A DNA stretch of 63,870 bases, filler included, from Asterionella formosa (taxonomy: Eukaryota), in assembly GCA_002256025.1 (NCBI GenBank). It is 11 parts of 11 records of this genome, joined end to end, with 100 filler letters (N's around TTAATTAATTAA, not from the genome) between each part and the next. Parts side by side here need not be neighbours in the genome. Positions count along the whole stretch, not along the records: positions 24,587 to 30,630 come from NKIB01012840.1; positions 30,731 to 36,773 come from NKIB01012841.1; positions 36,874 to 42,914 come from NKIB01012842.1; 8 more parts are not named here. One strand, given 5' to 3'. The translations under genes were made by a program, and so were the position numbers. This document shows positions 25,619-37,100 of this stretch, piece by piece. Below the pieces are notes generated by a model, which made no database searches, was not told the DNA's origin, and worked only from the letters and a program-made list of their open reading frames with translations. Each line of letters starts with the position of its first letter. Positions within the stretch are counted from its first letter, which is position 1.

Positions 25619-28600
25619 TAGTCCTCTCAAGAAGGAAATGTTAATTTTCATCTTGATGTTAATGCCATAACACATAATGACATAATTCAAGATTTTTATG
25701 GGGAGGTAACCATTTGGTTAAGACATGTGCCAAGTTGCTGGTCCCCGGTTCATGATGAATTCGCATTGCCTCTGTTGCAACAAATTCAAGCACTTTATGA
25801 TAGGCGATAGAATTGTGTTCCTTCTGTAATGTAGATTTCGGTCTTGTTGCATTCAGTACAACGCTATTGCTATCGCAAAAAGTGTTTGTAGATTCACTTA
25901 TGGGAATACCCAACATGTATAGCTTGTAACACATGGCATCATTCATTTCTGCTGCCATTTTTAATGCAACAAATTCAGATCCAAAGGTTGATGAATCAAT
26001 TGTATTTTGTCTTTTAGAATACCATTTGACTGGGGTGCCATTCAGAAAGATGATAATGCCTGTTGTAAATCGTCTTGTCACCAGGTTTGTAGCATGTGAG
26101 GCATCACAGAACATGTTTAATTGTATTCTTTTCCCAAGTGGTTTTGGTGCGTTTGAAGGAAGATCTTCTTTAATGTCTGGATAAAATTCTTTCCAATTTG
26201 CAGATGTCCATATTTTATTGGACCAATCACGTTCTCGTGGATCAACAACCAACTTACAAAAAATTTGTTTTCGTAAATATGCAAAAACTCTCAAAATGGC
26301 GACCTTGTGTCCCTTTGCAAGGTGCTGCCATGAATGTGGCCATTGTTGCACCTGTTTGTGCCAGATCAATGCGGCCTAATTATATTACCCGACGCAAAAT
26401 GTCAACATAGCTTTGGTATAATTGTGTGTCATTATCATTTAGGAAATCCGAGGAATCTAATTCCTGGGTGGTAGTTTGGAGCAGCAGGCACATCCAATTT
26501 TCCTTTGAACAAAGCTTTTAGCGCCCCATAATTTTCCTGAATGATAGGTATTGCCTTGGCCAAGTATTCTTCACCCGAAATAAACCATGTCTTGATACCA
26601 TTATCAAGTTGATGTCTATCAGTTTTGGCTCCTAAATATCTTATTGGGGGCCCAGCATCTTTCAGATGGCACAAATAGGGTGGTTCTGCAAAGGAGTTGA
26701 TAATCTTTCCCGGATCTTTTGCAATGCATAAAATATCATCTACATCGACCAGAATATATTCGTAATGGTCCATATTTTCTTCTGAAGTGGCCTCTCGATA
26801 CCACATATCAGGATCTGCATAACTGGGTATGAATCCTATATCACGGAGTGTTGAAGCAAAATGAGCTCGCCATGTGGCTCCAGAACTTTTTAATCCATAT
26901 AATGCTCGGACAATAATAGCAATTTTCCCTTCTTTGTCATCACCAAATTCTGCGCCTGCAATAGCATAAACTCTTTCCTCAGTCTTGGCATTTAGGTAAG
27001 CATTACCAATGTCAGCCATCATGATATTCAAATTGTTTGTTGCGGCAATCAGGAAGGCTATTCAAACACTATCCCTGGAAACCACTGAGGAGTATGTGAG
27101 AGATGCTGGGGGATCGGTCTTATGACCTCCGGCAACCAGAAGAGCTTTTCGAGTAAAATCCATCTTGATATCAAAAATCCTTTTCACGGGAATGTGTTTA
27201 TAACTAACAGGTGGCTGTGTATTTCTTTCTTTTAGTTCAAAAGCCACTCAGACATTAGATATCTCTTTCATAATTGCATCATGCCATAGATTGTTATTAC
27301 TTTCCTGGTCTATCTCCAAAGCCTCCAACACTGTGAAGGGGAGGCGTAAACCAAACTTGTATCCAGTCTGAATGGCGCGTTTCTGTGATAACTTAATCAA
27401 TCGTTTTTGTTTGTGAAGTAAATCCTTGGTCCACCAATCGAGAGCGGATTCACTGTCAATGCTATTAGCGATAGCATAATTGGCCACTTCCACTGGGTTT
27501 TTCTCTTTTAGTTCCTTCAAGGGCAACCAAGATGTTGTGCCATCTTTCCATTCTACTTCAAAGTGCCACCCAGCAGTAGTCTTTTCTTCGCCTGTTTCCC
27601 ATGCACAACCCTGTATTGATCGGCTTTGTCAATTGCCTTTGAAATTTTGCGATGATTAATGATGACAGCGAAATAACGGTATTGTTTGCCTTCCATGTCG
27701 ATTCGTGTGTACATGATATGTTCTGCAGGATGTTATAAGCTATTTCCTGTTGTTCTCCATCTGAGAATTCCACAGTGAAGATCCTTGAATCCGATCGAAG
27801 ATTTGAGTGTTTCCTTCCAATATGTAGACCTTCTGGGTTATGTTTCCGCCCCAAGATTTTAGCAATTTCATTCCTGTCCCCTCTTGGGAGGTATATTTCG
27901 GCATTTTTTAATTTATGTGGGCCTGAAACAACTTCTCCTGTGTTATCAGTGGGATTAAGAGGAACAGCATGATTCTCCATATCTTGTGGGTGAAATGGTT
28001 CTTCCATTTCTTCATTAGGGGCATTATGGATGAGTGTTTCATCAAATGCTGAATAGATTTCCGCAATCTCCTTGTCAAAATGCAGTCTCATATTTTGTTC
28101 AGTGACATCGGTCCATTCCTCTTTTGTTGTGGGTCGAACTATGGATCTGGCAATAATCCTGCCATTCTGCTTTAACACATAATAGCACAATGACTGTCCT
28201 ACGTTTTCTGCAACACCAAGCCGTCTCCCAAGATCATTTTCTGTCTCTCATACTCTGACGTCATGGTATTTTACCCAGCCATAGTAATCGAAATGTAAAT
28301 ATTCAGATACATCTGGCGTGATGCCAGTCAGCTTTTCAATTGGAGTGCGTTCATTTGTCAGATGACGTGACATTCGTTCTCTGATTTGCAAAGTATAATC
28401 AATGCTGTAGTCCCAAAACTGTTCTGGACATTTGGCTCTATGCATAATACGCCTGAAATGTCGTTTTAGTTCTTGTATCTCTCGTTCGGCACGATTCTGC
28501 CAAGGAGAATGTGGTTCTGTCGTCCTCTGTTGGAATAGGGATTTCTTTCGCACTCGTTCCCAGTCTGAACCTGTTTCTTCCCCTACGTTATCTGACACCA

Positions 28601-29446
28601 GGAACAGAGGTATCCCAACTGTGGAACAGTAGAGGTCAAGCTTATCAAAGGCCTGCCCCTTGCTTGGCAGTGGGTAAATACGGCAATGTCCATCATCTGT
28701 CACAAATAATAGTGCACAGTTATTGCCACGTACACTGGTTGTGTCATTGAAATGTGTATCTGTAAAGACTCCAGAGCGAAGGTGGGGGTATTGCATGTGA
28801 GCCTGTCGGGTTCTGAAACGTCATGTAAATTGGTCTTCAATGTATCTCCAACCCCGCTGTGTAATGGAATTAAGGGTTTTCATGGTCAAAGGTAAAGTTA
28901 TTCGAGGATACATTTCCGAAGCCTTCAGTGGCTTGTTGGTCTTTGATCCACATTTTGAAAGCCATAAGGTGCATCTTCTTTTTCTGCCGTAGGACGGTTG
29001 TTCATCTGAAAACATGACATCAGCGTCTCATCATCTACATACTATGCATGAGAGCTCGGAGGACATGGAGATGTTCTGCATGATCAATCGATCGACTTGT
29101 GCTTCATTTAGTTGCACAACCTGTAGGAGGGTTTCTCGAAAATGAAACTCCTCACCAGGATTTCTGTTAACTTGTTCTTCATCCATTTTTTTATTTTTGC
29201 AGTACACCTCCTCCTATGCTTGGTCCAGTGACCTGCCACTCCTAAAGGGGTGATCTTCTGCTTAACAGTAAGATTCTGTAAATGAATGTTTCATAGTAGT
29301 GCCAGCCAGCAGGAGGCTCAATTGTCCCCAACTGACGTTGTGACAAACGTAAAAAGCGTGAATCTCGCTTAGTGCTGGCGCCCAATCAACAAACGGCGTC
29401 GCGATCGATCTTAAATCGATTTCTTTCACTCCTCTTTTCTGAGTGT

Positions 29447-29463
29447 CGTGGGTCTGATAAACC
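29447..29463 (-). promoter_or_regulatory. Candidate primer-binding site complementary to a tRNA-Ile anticodon stem-loop
   Basis: Immediately 3' of the 5' LTR; the plus strand reads CG-TGGGT-CT-GAT-AA-ACC. Confidence 0.55.
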
Positions 29464-29609
29464 ATTAAGATCTCGCATACAATGCAATCGATAAAAGGTA
29501 CAAAAAGTAAAACAAATAAAGTCGAGGGCACAAGAGAATCTGAGTTTAGGTGACGCGTCAGAAATTCTGTCTTTCTGTCTCCAAATATATATATATGAAG
29601 AGATTAACA
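29464..29609 (-). repeat. 5' LTR of Copia element (shorter, internally deleted)
   Basis: Direct repeat of the 3' LTR (aaagtcgagggcacaagagaatc...gaagagattaaca and ttaagatctcg). Confidence 0.8.
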
Positions 29610-29770
29610 TTAGGAGAAGGATCAGATGCAGTGTGTAGGTTAGTCCGTAGACTTGGTGCTAGGAGAAAATGATGTGTCTATGTATGGAACCTGGAGATGA
29701 GCTCGCTGCATTCTGAAACTATAATAAAATGCATGTCAAGTATATCATATCATCAATGGCTATAACGAGC

Positions 29771-30254
29771 CACAAGGACTGTGGATTCGACAAAGGAGTC
29801 CAATGAGTCCAATGGTGCGTCCCCATGCATTTCAAGAAGCTTGCTAAAGAGATTGATGTTCTAGATCAATCAGAAGAAGGTCTGCATCAGAGAAAAGGGA
29901 ACACGAAGAATAGATTCTCAAATTCTAATGATTGGGATTGAAACTAAGTTTTAGTTTAACCTTATAATTAAGAAACTGTGAGAATTGACAGAGAAAGATC
30001 AATAGCAAAAGCTAGCACGAAGGCTAGCAGCAAAAGATTATAGTACAAGTGCGTACATAATAGCGAGTCACAAGGACTGTGGATTCGACAAAGTCCAATG
30101 AGTCAAATGGTGCGTCCCCATGCATGTCAAGAAGCTTGCTAAAGAGATTGATGTTTTAGATCAATCAGAAGAAGGTCTGCATCAGAGAAAAGGGAACACA
30201 AAGAACAGATTCTCAAATTCTAATGAACGGGATTGAAACTAAGTTTTAGTTTAA
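29771..30254 (+). repeat. Direct repeat ~190 bp (29771-29959 and 30069-30254)
   Basis: cacaaggactgtggattcgacaaag...gaaactaagttttagtttaa present twice with few differences. Confidence 0.9.
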
Positions 30255-30451
30255 GGTTCCTGCATTTCAACCCTAGTTTAGAGGTAGGGTAAAAAAAATA
30301 ATATTGAGTCAGAGTACTCAAACACACACTTCTTAGGAGTAAAACACAAATATGTATCGCTAAACGGAGCTTTCACCAATATACAACCTTTCCATTTGCT
30401 TAGATACAGTCATTGACAAAAGTAGGGGTACAAGTCAACGCTATACATCGT

Positions 30452-30584
30452 CAGGATATAGGATCTGGCGAGAAACTGCAGAGAGGAACTTTTCGGTTTT
30501 TTAACTATGCTTTAAAGACCAGAAATTTCGGGGGAAATAAACCGAAGTTCCTTTCTGCAGTTTCTCGCCAGAAGTTATATACTG
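30452..30584. mobile_element. Small hairpin element / MITE candidate
   Basis: Arms tctggcgagaaactgcagagaggaacttttcggttt (30464-30499) and aaaccgaagttcctttctgcagtttctcgccaga (30539-30572), extendable to CAG...CTG ends. Confidence 0.55.
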
Positions 30585-30730
30585 ATTCTATTTGAAGGTT
30601 ACCTATGTATCTAAATCGGCTTCAGATCCANNNNNNNNNNNNNNNNNNNNNNNNNNNNNNNNNNNNNNNNNNNNTTAATTAATTAANNNNNNNNNNNNNN
30701 NNNNNNNNNNNNNNNNNNNNNNNNNNNNNN

Positions 30731-30985
30731 GATCGATTATTTTCGTCTCCTCGTGTGGATTTTTCGTTGACAACATCAATAGCGGGAGTAATGCCAAAGG
30801 TTGTGGCAACTCAAGTGGATTGCACTTCTGATGCAGCAGTTGAGAGAATCATTCAAGCTTACCAAGCTGTGACGGAAAGGGAGATTGGTGTTGGAGATTC
30901 CTTGGTGATTTTTGTGATGCAGAAACATGCGGAAAGCGGTGCAATAGTTTGCAAGACAATACGAGTGCCATTGAAGCAACATTAA
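30731..30985 (+). CDS. 3' end of a proteasome beta subunit-like gene (beta type-1/beta6-like, divergent)
   Basis: AVERIIQAYQAVTEREIGVGDSLVIFV...VPLKQH resembles the A(F)xSAxERDIxTGDxL...LRxD C-terminus. The 5' part is beyond the contig edge. Confidence 0.55.
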   Translation, partial: DRLFSSPRVDFSLTTSIAGVMPKVVATQVDCTSDAAVERIIQAYQAVTEREIGVGDSLVIFVMQKHAESGAIVCKTIRVPLKQH

Positions 30986-31172
30986 TTATCACAGTACTGT
31001 GATACAATATACATTCGGCAAAGAGTAAATGATACGAGTCAAACACTAACATAGACAATAGAATCAAACACTCCATGCGAATAGAAAATTGTCATGGTTG
31101 ACACTTCTATCAAAAATACAATGGTTCTTGTACACTAATTTAGTCCATAGCTTTGTATAAATATATATTACA

Positions 31173-31855
31173 TCATCTAACAATCACCACATCGCCTTCC
31201 AAGTTCACATTCCTTTCTTCTTCCATGACCGATAGCGCTAAATGCTTCTCATTGTATGCTGCGGTGGATCCCACCATGGCAGAAAGGATAACCATCCACA
31301 TTAAGCCACAGAGGGAAAGAAAAGGTAATTGCAGGCCCACTTCGACAAAGCCAAATTGCATGGGGATCCAAAATAAAAGGTTTCTCTTCATGAGTGGAAT
31401 AAACTTCTTCTTGGCCTGTTCCTCAGTTCCCTCTGCAGACAGACCCTGCAGCACCACTCCCATCAAAACAAAGAATGCCGGATGTTGAAATTGCGTCCCG
31501 AAGCCCTCTATTGCTTTCTTGTATTGTGTAAGGACAAGTCAGGGACAAAATTGGCTGTAGATATGAACAATGATGTTGCAGTAATCGATTGTAATTGTTC
31601 CCAAGAATTTTAGTAGAATTATGGGTTTTACTGGCGATGTAGATTGTTTTCGAATTCTAAGTTTTCTCTGGTACCGGTACCATATTCTTTTTTGATTCAT
31701 TCGATTCAACATGTAGTAGGAAATAATTCATACCGGGATTTTTCTTTCCTAAAATAATTTCTTCAACACCGGATAATACATAAACGGCACAACGCCCAGT
31801 TGACTGGCCAACGTTCGCTCCATGGCAGCAAAATAGAAGGGGACGGTTGACGCTG
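31173..31855 (-). pseudogene. Mpv17/PMP22 family gene, 5'-truncated and interrupted by a solo LTR
   Basis: AAMERTLASQLGVVPFMYYP|AFFVLMGVVLQGLS...FIPLMKRNLLFWIPMQFGFV..LQLPFLSLCGLMWMVILS. The frame is restored on removing 31483-31768 plus one TSD. Confidence 0.75.
31483..31768. mobile_element. Solo LTR (286 bp)
   Basis: Termini TGTTGAA...TTCAACA; perfect 5-bp TSD CCGGA at 31478-31482 and 31769-31773. Confidence 0.85.
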
Positions 31856-31869
31856 CCAAGACAAGGCTG

Positions 31870-32859
31870 ATGGAGGCAGATGCTTCCGAAGCCAGGAGCA
31901 AAGGATCTAGTGGCAAAGGATCAAGTAAGGGCAGTAAAGGGAGCAAGAGCACAACTCAACCTGACAAGTGTGATACTACCGGTAATCCTCCTTCATTAAT
32001 GCCTATTCCTTTGGATGTAACACTGCCACCACCACCGCCACCAACACCAGGACCAACGCCATGGCCTATTCCAACGCCAGGTACAAGACCAGGACCAATG
32101 CCTTCTATATCCACTTCTCCACCACAGCCTGAGATAGAAAACCCAAGACCAAGACCTTTGCCAACACCTACACCTGGTGTGCCAAGTTATTTTCCAAGCA
32201 TGAGTGTAAATCCAAGCACATCACCTAGCAGCTTGCCCATTGCGACAAAAGAACCAACTGCTGGACCAACATTGGCACCTACTCCAGTTCCAACAGGTTC
32301 ATCACCATGGCCGATTGCCAAAGATAATGTTAATCCTACTAGTTCCCGCCACCTACTGGGGACTGTGCCACATGGTCTCGGTGCTTCAACAAATGCAAAA
32401 TTAAATTGTGAATCACAGTCAAAGTCCACGGACATACACGATATTCCTGTTGACAATTGCATTAAGAAAATGACAGTGAATCCAATCAAGATCATGTCTC
32501 AAAATGGAGGTACTATAACCTTTTCTGTGACCCAAGATTGTAAAAGTGAGTGGCTAGCAACAGACTTCATTGCTGCAGATAACAAGCTCATTTGTCACCA
32601 GACCCTTAAGTGTGGCATTCCCAATGAATATATTGCTATGTGTGTTGATGGTGCTACGATTGTAGATCTGTATGCTTATGGGGTTTCTTTTGGACAGGCT
32701 GATGGATCACCAATAGTGATTCCTGAGGCTTGCAACAGCATCGGAAATGTTTCTCAATTGTGTCACTTTCGCTATGATTTGAAGTGCAATCCCAGCAAAT
32801 GTGATGGAATTTCAGTTACCAGTGAAGGAAGGAGACTTCGGGGCTCTCCAAATCACTAA
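31870..32859 (+). CDS. Diatom extracellular-type protein: K/G/S-rich (silaffin-like KxxK) block, Pro/Thr-rich linker, Cys-rich C-terminal domain; probably 5'-incomplete
   Basis: SKGSSGKGSSKGSKGSKS; PTPGPTP, PSYFPS and PTAGPT repeats; C-terminal domain with about 10 Cys ending GRRLRGS. No signal peptide in the visible ORF. Confidence 0.7.
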   Translation: MEADASEARSKGSSGKGSSKGSKGSKSTTQPDKCDTTGNPPSLMPIPLDVTLPPPPPPTPGPTPWPIPTPGTRPGPMPSISTSPPQPEIENPRPRPLPTPTPGVPSYFPSMSVNPSTSPSSLPIATKEPTAGPTLAPTPVPTGSSPWPIAKDNVNPTSSRHLLGTVPHGLGASTNAKLNCESQSKSTDIHDIPVDNCIKKMTVNPIKIMSQNGGTITFSVTQDCKSEWLATDFIAADNKLICHQTLKCGIPNEYIAMCVDGATIVDLYAYGVSFGQADGSPIVIPEACNSIGNVSQLCHFRYDLKCNPSKCDGISVTSEGRRLRGSPNH

Positions 32860-33354
32860 TAAATGTTTGTAATGTGTCTACGACAACCAGGTTGAGCCTA
32901 CACAATTAGGGTTAGGGTCAGGGGATGACACCTTCTATGTAAGTAAAGGAAAATGTGGATGATTTTCATGAGAAGTAATTTGTAGAAATTGGGTTCAATT
33001 TTTGTACTTCCCTTGTCCTGTTAAGGTGAGGCTGTTGAACTTGACACAACGACTGCTGTCATCAGGTGTGGCACGCTCACGAAGGGCAGCAAGTGAGGGA
33101 GCATACTACTGCCAAAGCTGGTGGCAGGAGGAAAGCACAGACTCACTAATAAAAGCGTTTCACGAAGGAAAGTCATGGTGCAAAAACAACTTAAGTCGCC
33201 CTTTCTATGGCCTTGTCTTGTCACATGCTAGAGTAGGTAAGGAGGTTGTACGTGGGTACACAGGTGTGGGTAGTTTTGGCTTTGCTAGACCAAATCCGAG
33301 ACTGGTATGTTGGTCTTGGCACCCATTTTTAGGCCATACCGGTAGTTGTGTTGG

Positions 33355-34178
33355 TTAGGTTGGGTAGGCATGGTGGCAATTTCCTGGAGGAGCCGGTATT
33401 TGCCGCCTGCCAGCATGAGTTGAGAGAGGCCTGCCATAACAGAATGGCACTGGATGTGGAAGTAATGGATCATAGCATCCGAGCGCCAACGCCCAAGCAG
33501 CTTGATGAGTGAGTAGGCTGTCCACTCCCCTGGAGAACAGAGCCATAGCGCTGCTAGTGCGGAGGGAGCGGCACTCAACTTTGGTAGGGTCCACACAGAA
33601 TCCCGGATTATGGGTCATAGCTGAACATAGTAGGACGGTGGTAATGTCTGATGATTCAATGTAGTGGAACCTGTTGCTGGCGTCATCAAAGTAGCAGGAA
33701 CAGAGTGGTTGTTGGTGGGAGCAGCATGCACCATGGGCAAGCAAGTGCTGTACCTGGAGGGCAACTGCGTGGATGGGACAGAGGGTTTTGGAAGTGGAGC
33801 AGCCATGCCCAATTTTTTCACCTTTGGTACCGTTTTTTTGGGTGTCAAAGGTGAGGGTCATGAAGTCAGACTGTTGGAGAAAGGGGGAGTCCAATTAGAC
33901 TGGCTGGTCAAGTAAGTAGAAATTGACATTGGAGAGTTTGAAGGGTTCGTTGTCATATGTATGGGTGTGTTCAGCAGGCCAACAGAGGAAGAAGAAACCA
34001 ATAGTAATCATGTATGCGATACAGTGGTCACAGGCTCTGACGCTAGCCTAGCAAAGTTGGACTACAAGTTCAATGAGGCCAGGGGGGTCGGCTTTGGCAT
34101 AGGCCTGGAACTGCTGTTTGAGGGCAAAGATGCTGACCTTGCCACTGGGTTGTAACCAAGGGTTGTGGTCATTGCGCC
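33355..34178 (-). mobile_element. Tyrosine recombinase of a DIRS/Ngaro-like retroelement, decayed and truncated by the TIR element
   Basis: QQFQAYAKADPP, IGFFFLCRPAE, TLTFDTQKNG..G..IGHG, CPIHAV, RSLRTSSAMAL and IKLLGRWRSDAMIHY. Confidence 0.85.
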
Positions 34179-36629
34179 CGTCTGCAAAAAAAAACCATCA
34201 TATTCCTACAATGCATCATAGCATTGCTTATGATCATCTGATCATAATTTTTCTTTACATCATCTAATAATTTTGATAAATGCCCTAGTATGTCTGCAAA
34301 TAAAAACCATCATATTTCCATGATGCATCATAGGATTATGATCATCTGATCATAATTTTTCGTTATATCATCTAATAATTGTGATAAATGCCCTCGTAAT
34401 TTAAATAGTAACCCTTTGACTATGGAAATTTAATTATTATATGTATTGTTTCTTTTAGGTTCCTTTATTTAAATTTCTTGGTATGAGAATGTACCAGTGA
34501 AAGTAATGTGGTTTGGCTCATCATCCTCTCCAGTCCTCACTCTGATTCTTGCAACAACGACAAAGCGGCCATTTCGAGAGGAACAAGTGTTTGTGATAAA
34601 ATCTTCATTTGTTGTTCGAGTCATCATATGTCTTCGATGAATCATCACCTACAGTGCACAGTATGTTCGTATGCAATCCGTTAAGAGCTTGAAAAGAAAT
34701 CCAATGAAAACGAAATGGCTCATCACAAAAGACGAATATTTCCAGCTGGTCTGTCACCGGAGCATCGATCAGTGTTACAACCTCAATCATAGCTAAACAC
34801 CATCCATTATAGAACCACATCACAATCTACTTCTCCGTAACATCGTCTCTCTAACAAGAACGTAATACATCTACAATTGAAACACAGCATAGCAGGCGAT
34901 ATGCACAAAGAAGCATGAGACTGTCCATTTATAGTAACAGAGTGATTCTGGTTTCGTAATTTTCATGTCTCATCAGATTTCCTTTGTCATCGCACTAGTT
35001 CCTTACTATGATTTAGACAATTTGAAAAATTGGTGATGACTTCCTCTTATTAAGGGGCTTAATTAAACCAGCCACTGACTTGTAGGTATAAGAATTGACA
35101 CAATATAAATTGAAAAACTTCATCAGGTTGTGGAAAACTATGAACTCATCATGCATTGTATATATTTGATTTATGAATAATCAAAATTGATGATAGTAGT
35201 AGTATACACATGATGTGCCTTATAATGAGCGTGTTTGAACTATGCAAACAATATTCAGCTATAAATACATTTAAACTTACAAATCTTTATATATATGTAT
35301 ACATGGCTGAAACATTTGAAATCATGTTTTCATGTTCCTTGCCCTCATTCATACACTTTGCTCCTGAAATGAAGGATCATCACACAGCATGATGATGCAG
35401 AAAACGAAAGTGATAATACAACACAATGATACTTGCGGCTTAGAAGAAGGAGTGACTCAATTGATGGTAAGTCAAGAACAAATGCCTTTCATGATCCTTG
35501 TCATGCATACACTTCCTGAAATGAAGGATCTCAAGCAACACATGATGCGAAAAACTGAAGTGACAAAACAACACGATGATACACCATGCGGCTAAGAAGG
35601 AGTAAATATGATGGATAAGGCGGAATCAGCAAGCTGTGCTCCTTTTCGATTTGGTGGCTGGCCAACCATCAATATGGACAAAAGAAATCGGTAAGTGCTA
35701 TCATCTTTGGATCAATCCACAACTGTTAGAAAAACTGACACATGTGTGTTGCTTCTTTCAGGATAATGGTAAACAAACATTATTTGTAAGTTACAACCAG
35801 CAGCGTTTGAGCCTATTTATTGATCCTTGATACTTGCTTATTCAGTGTTCAACTGAAACGCACATTGTTTTACAGAATTATGCATCAGTTTCTTCCTCAG
35901 TTTGTGGTAAGCGAAGATAGAAGCGAAATGCATGCTGTTGTGTAAGCAAAACATGAACAGCTAACAATGAGTTGCTTCTCCTTGTTAGTATGATTGGGAT
36001 AACGAAATGGATTAAATGAAAATGGGAAAATGAGTGAATGCACTTCTCTTTGTTAGTATGATTGGGATAACGAAATGGATTAAATGAAAATGGGAAAATG
36101 AGTGAATGCAAACTCAGATCCATCAGGAAGAAATGGAAAGCAGGGGAACAACGGCAAGAAGGCAACCAGTACTACTACAACAACCTTCAGAATTGGATTG
36201 GGGGGAAGGTGGAAGTGAAAACGGCACCAATCATTGCGATGAGAGCATTGTAGAACATTCTGTAGCCAGCCACTCAAGGTATAGAAAGCAACATAAAACC
36301 ATTCTTAAATATAGTTCTAAATTTCGATCCATTTCATCCTTTTTTAGACACTGATATCGATGAGAATTACGATCATGCTAAGATAGATAGATGTATGACA
36401 AAGTATACACATCATAGGACCATGTTTAACCAAGTATATGATGCAATGGTATTATTACTATGTTAGTATCATCATACTTCAAGCTCGTTAAAAGTTTACA
36501 GTATGATCATAATTTTATGATACATTCATCATATTTTGATCCAAAAACTATCATATAGGTAAAAATCATGTGCCAATTATCGTACAATACCCTTGATCCT
36601 ATATTCATGATAGTTTTTATTTGCAGATG
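34179..36629. mobile_element. Unclassified TIR DNA transposon, copy 2 (non-autonomous; left terminus tandemly duplicated at 34179-34290)
   Basis: Ends (C/T)GTCTGCAAATAAAAACCATCAT and ATGATAGTTTTTATTTGCAGATG. Lacks the copy-1 segment 7060-8979 (junction at 35006/35007). Internal ~69-bp tandem duplication at ~35983-36110. Confidence 0.85.
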
Positions 36630-36873
36630 ATGCAGATGTGTAGCATCGATCGTGGAGTGGTGATATGCTTTTTTCTGATGGATTGTTAGGAGCGGAGCTC
36701 AATTTTTGGAATTGCCACTGCATTGGAATTGCCTAGCAAATTGCCTACAGATCCACCAGATCATTAAATTTCCNNNNNNNNNNNNNNNNNNNNNNNNNNN
36801 NNNNNNNNNNNNNNNNNTTAATTAATTAANNNNNNNNNNNNNNNNNNNNNNNNNNNNNNNNNNNNNNNNNNNN

Positions 36874-37100
36874 GTAGGTGTAGATGTGATTGGGGTTGCA
36901 GTAGTAGGTGTAGATGTGAGTGGAGCTGCAGTAGTAGGCGCAGAAGTCACTGGAGCTGCAGTTGTAGGAGCAGAAGTCACTGGAGCAGGAGTTGTTGGTG
37001 CAGAAGTCACTGGAGCTGCAGTTGTTGGTGCAGAAGTCACTGGAGCTGCAGTTGTAGGTGCAGAAGTCACTGGAGAAATAGTATTAGGGGCAGAAGTTGC
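36874..37100 (-). repeat. 30-bp coding tandem repeat (TSAPTTAAPV) x ~7
   Basis: gcagaagtcactggagctgcagttg.. units. Confidence 0.9.

Larger units (their letters stand above)
25389..29609 (-). mobile_element. Copia (CoDi-type) LTR retrotransposon, internally deleted (gag/protease largely missing), pol decayed
   Basis: Integrase TTEPHSPWQNRAEREI (28248-28796); VEWKDGTTSWLPLKELKE block; RT ADIGNAYLNA, ALYGLKSSG, ILVDVDDIL; RNase H FCDASHA..WYSKRQNT..STFGSEFVA..NLAHVLTK. Flanked by two LTRs; imperfect TSD cagga / (t)tagga. Confidence 0.92.
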
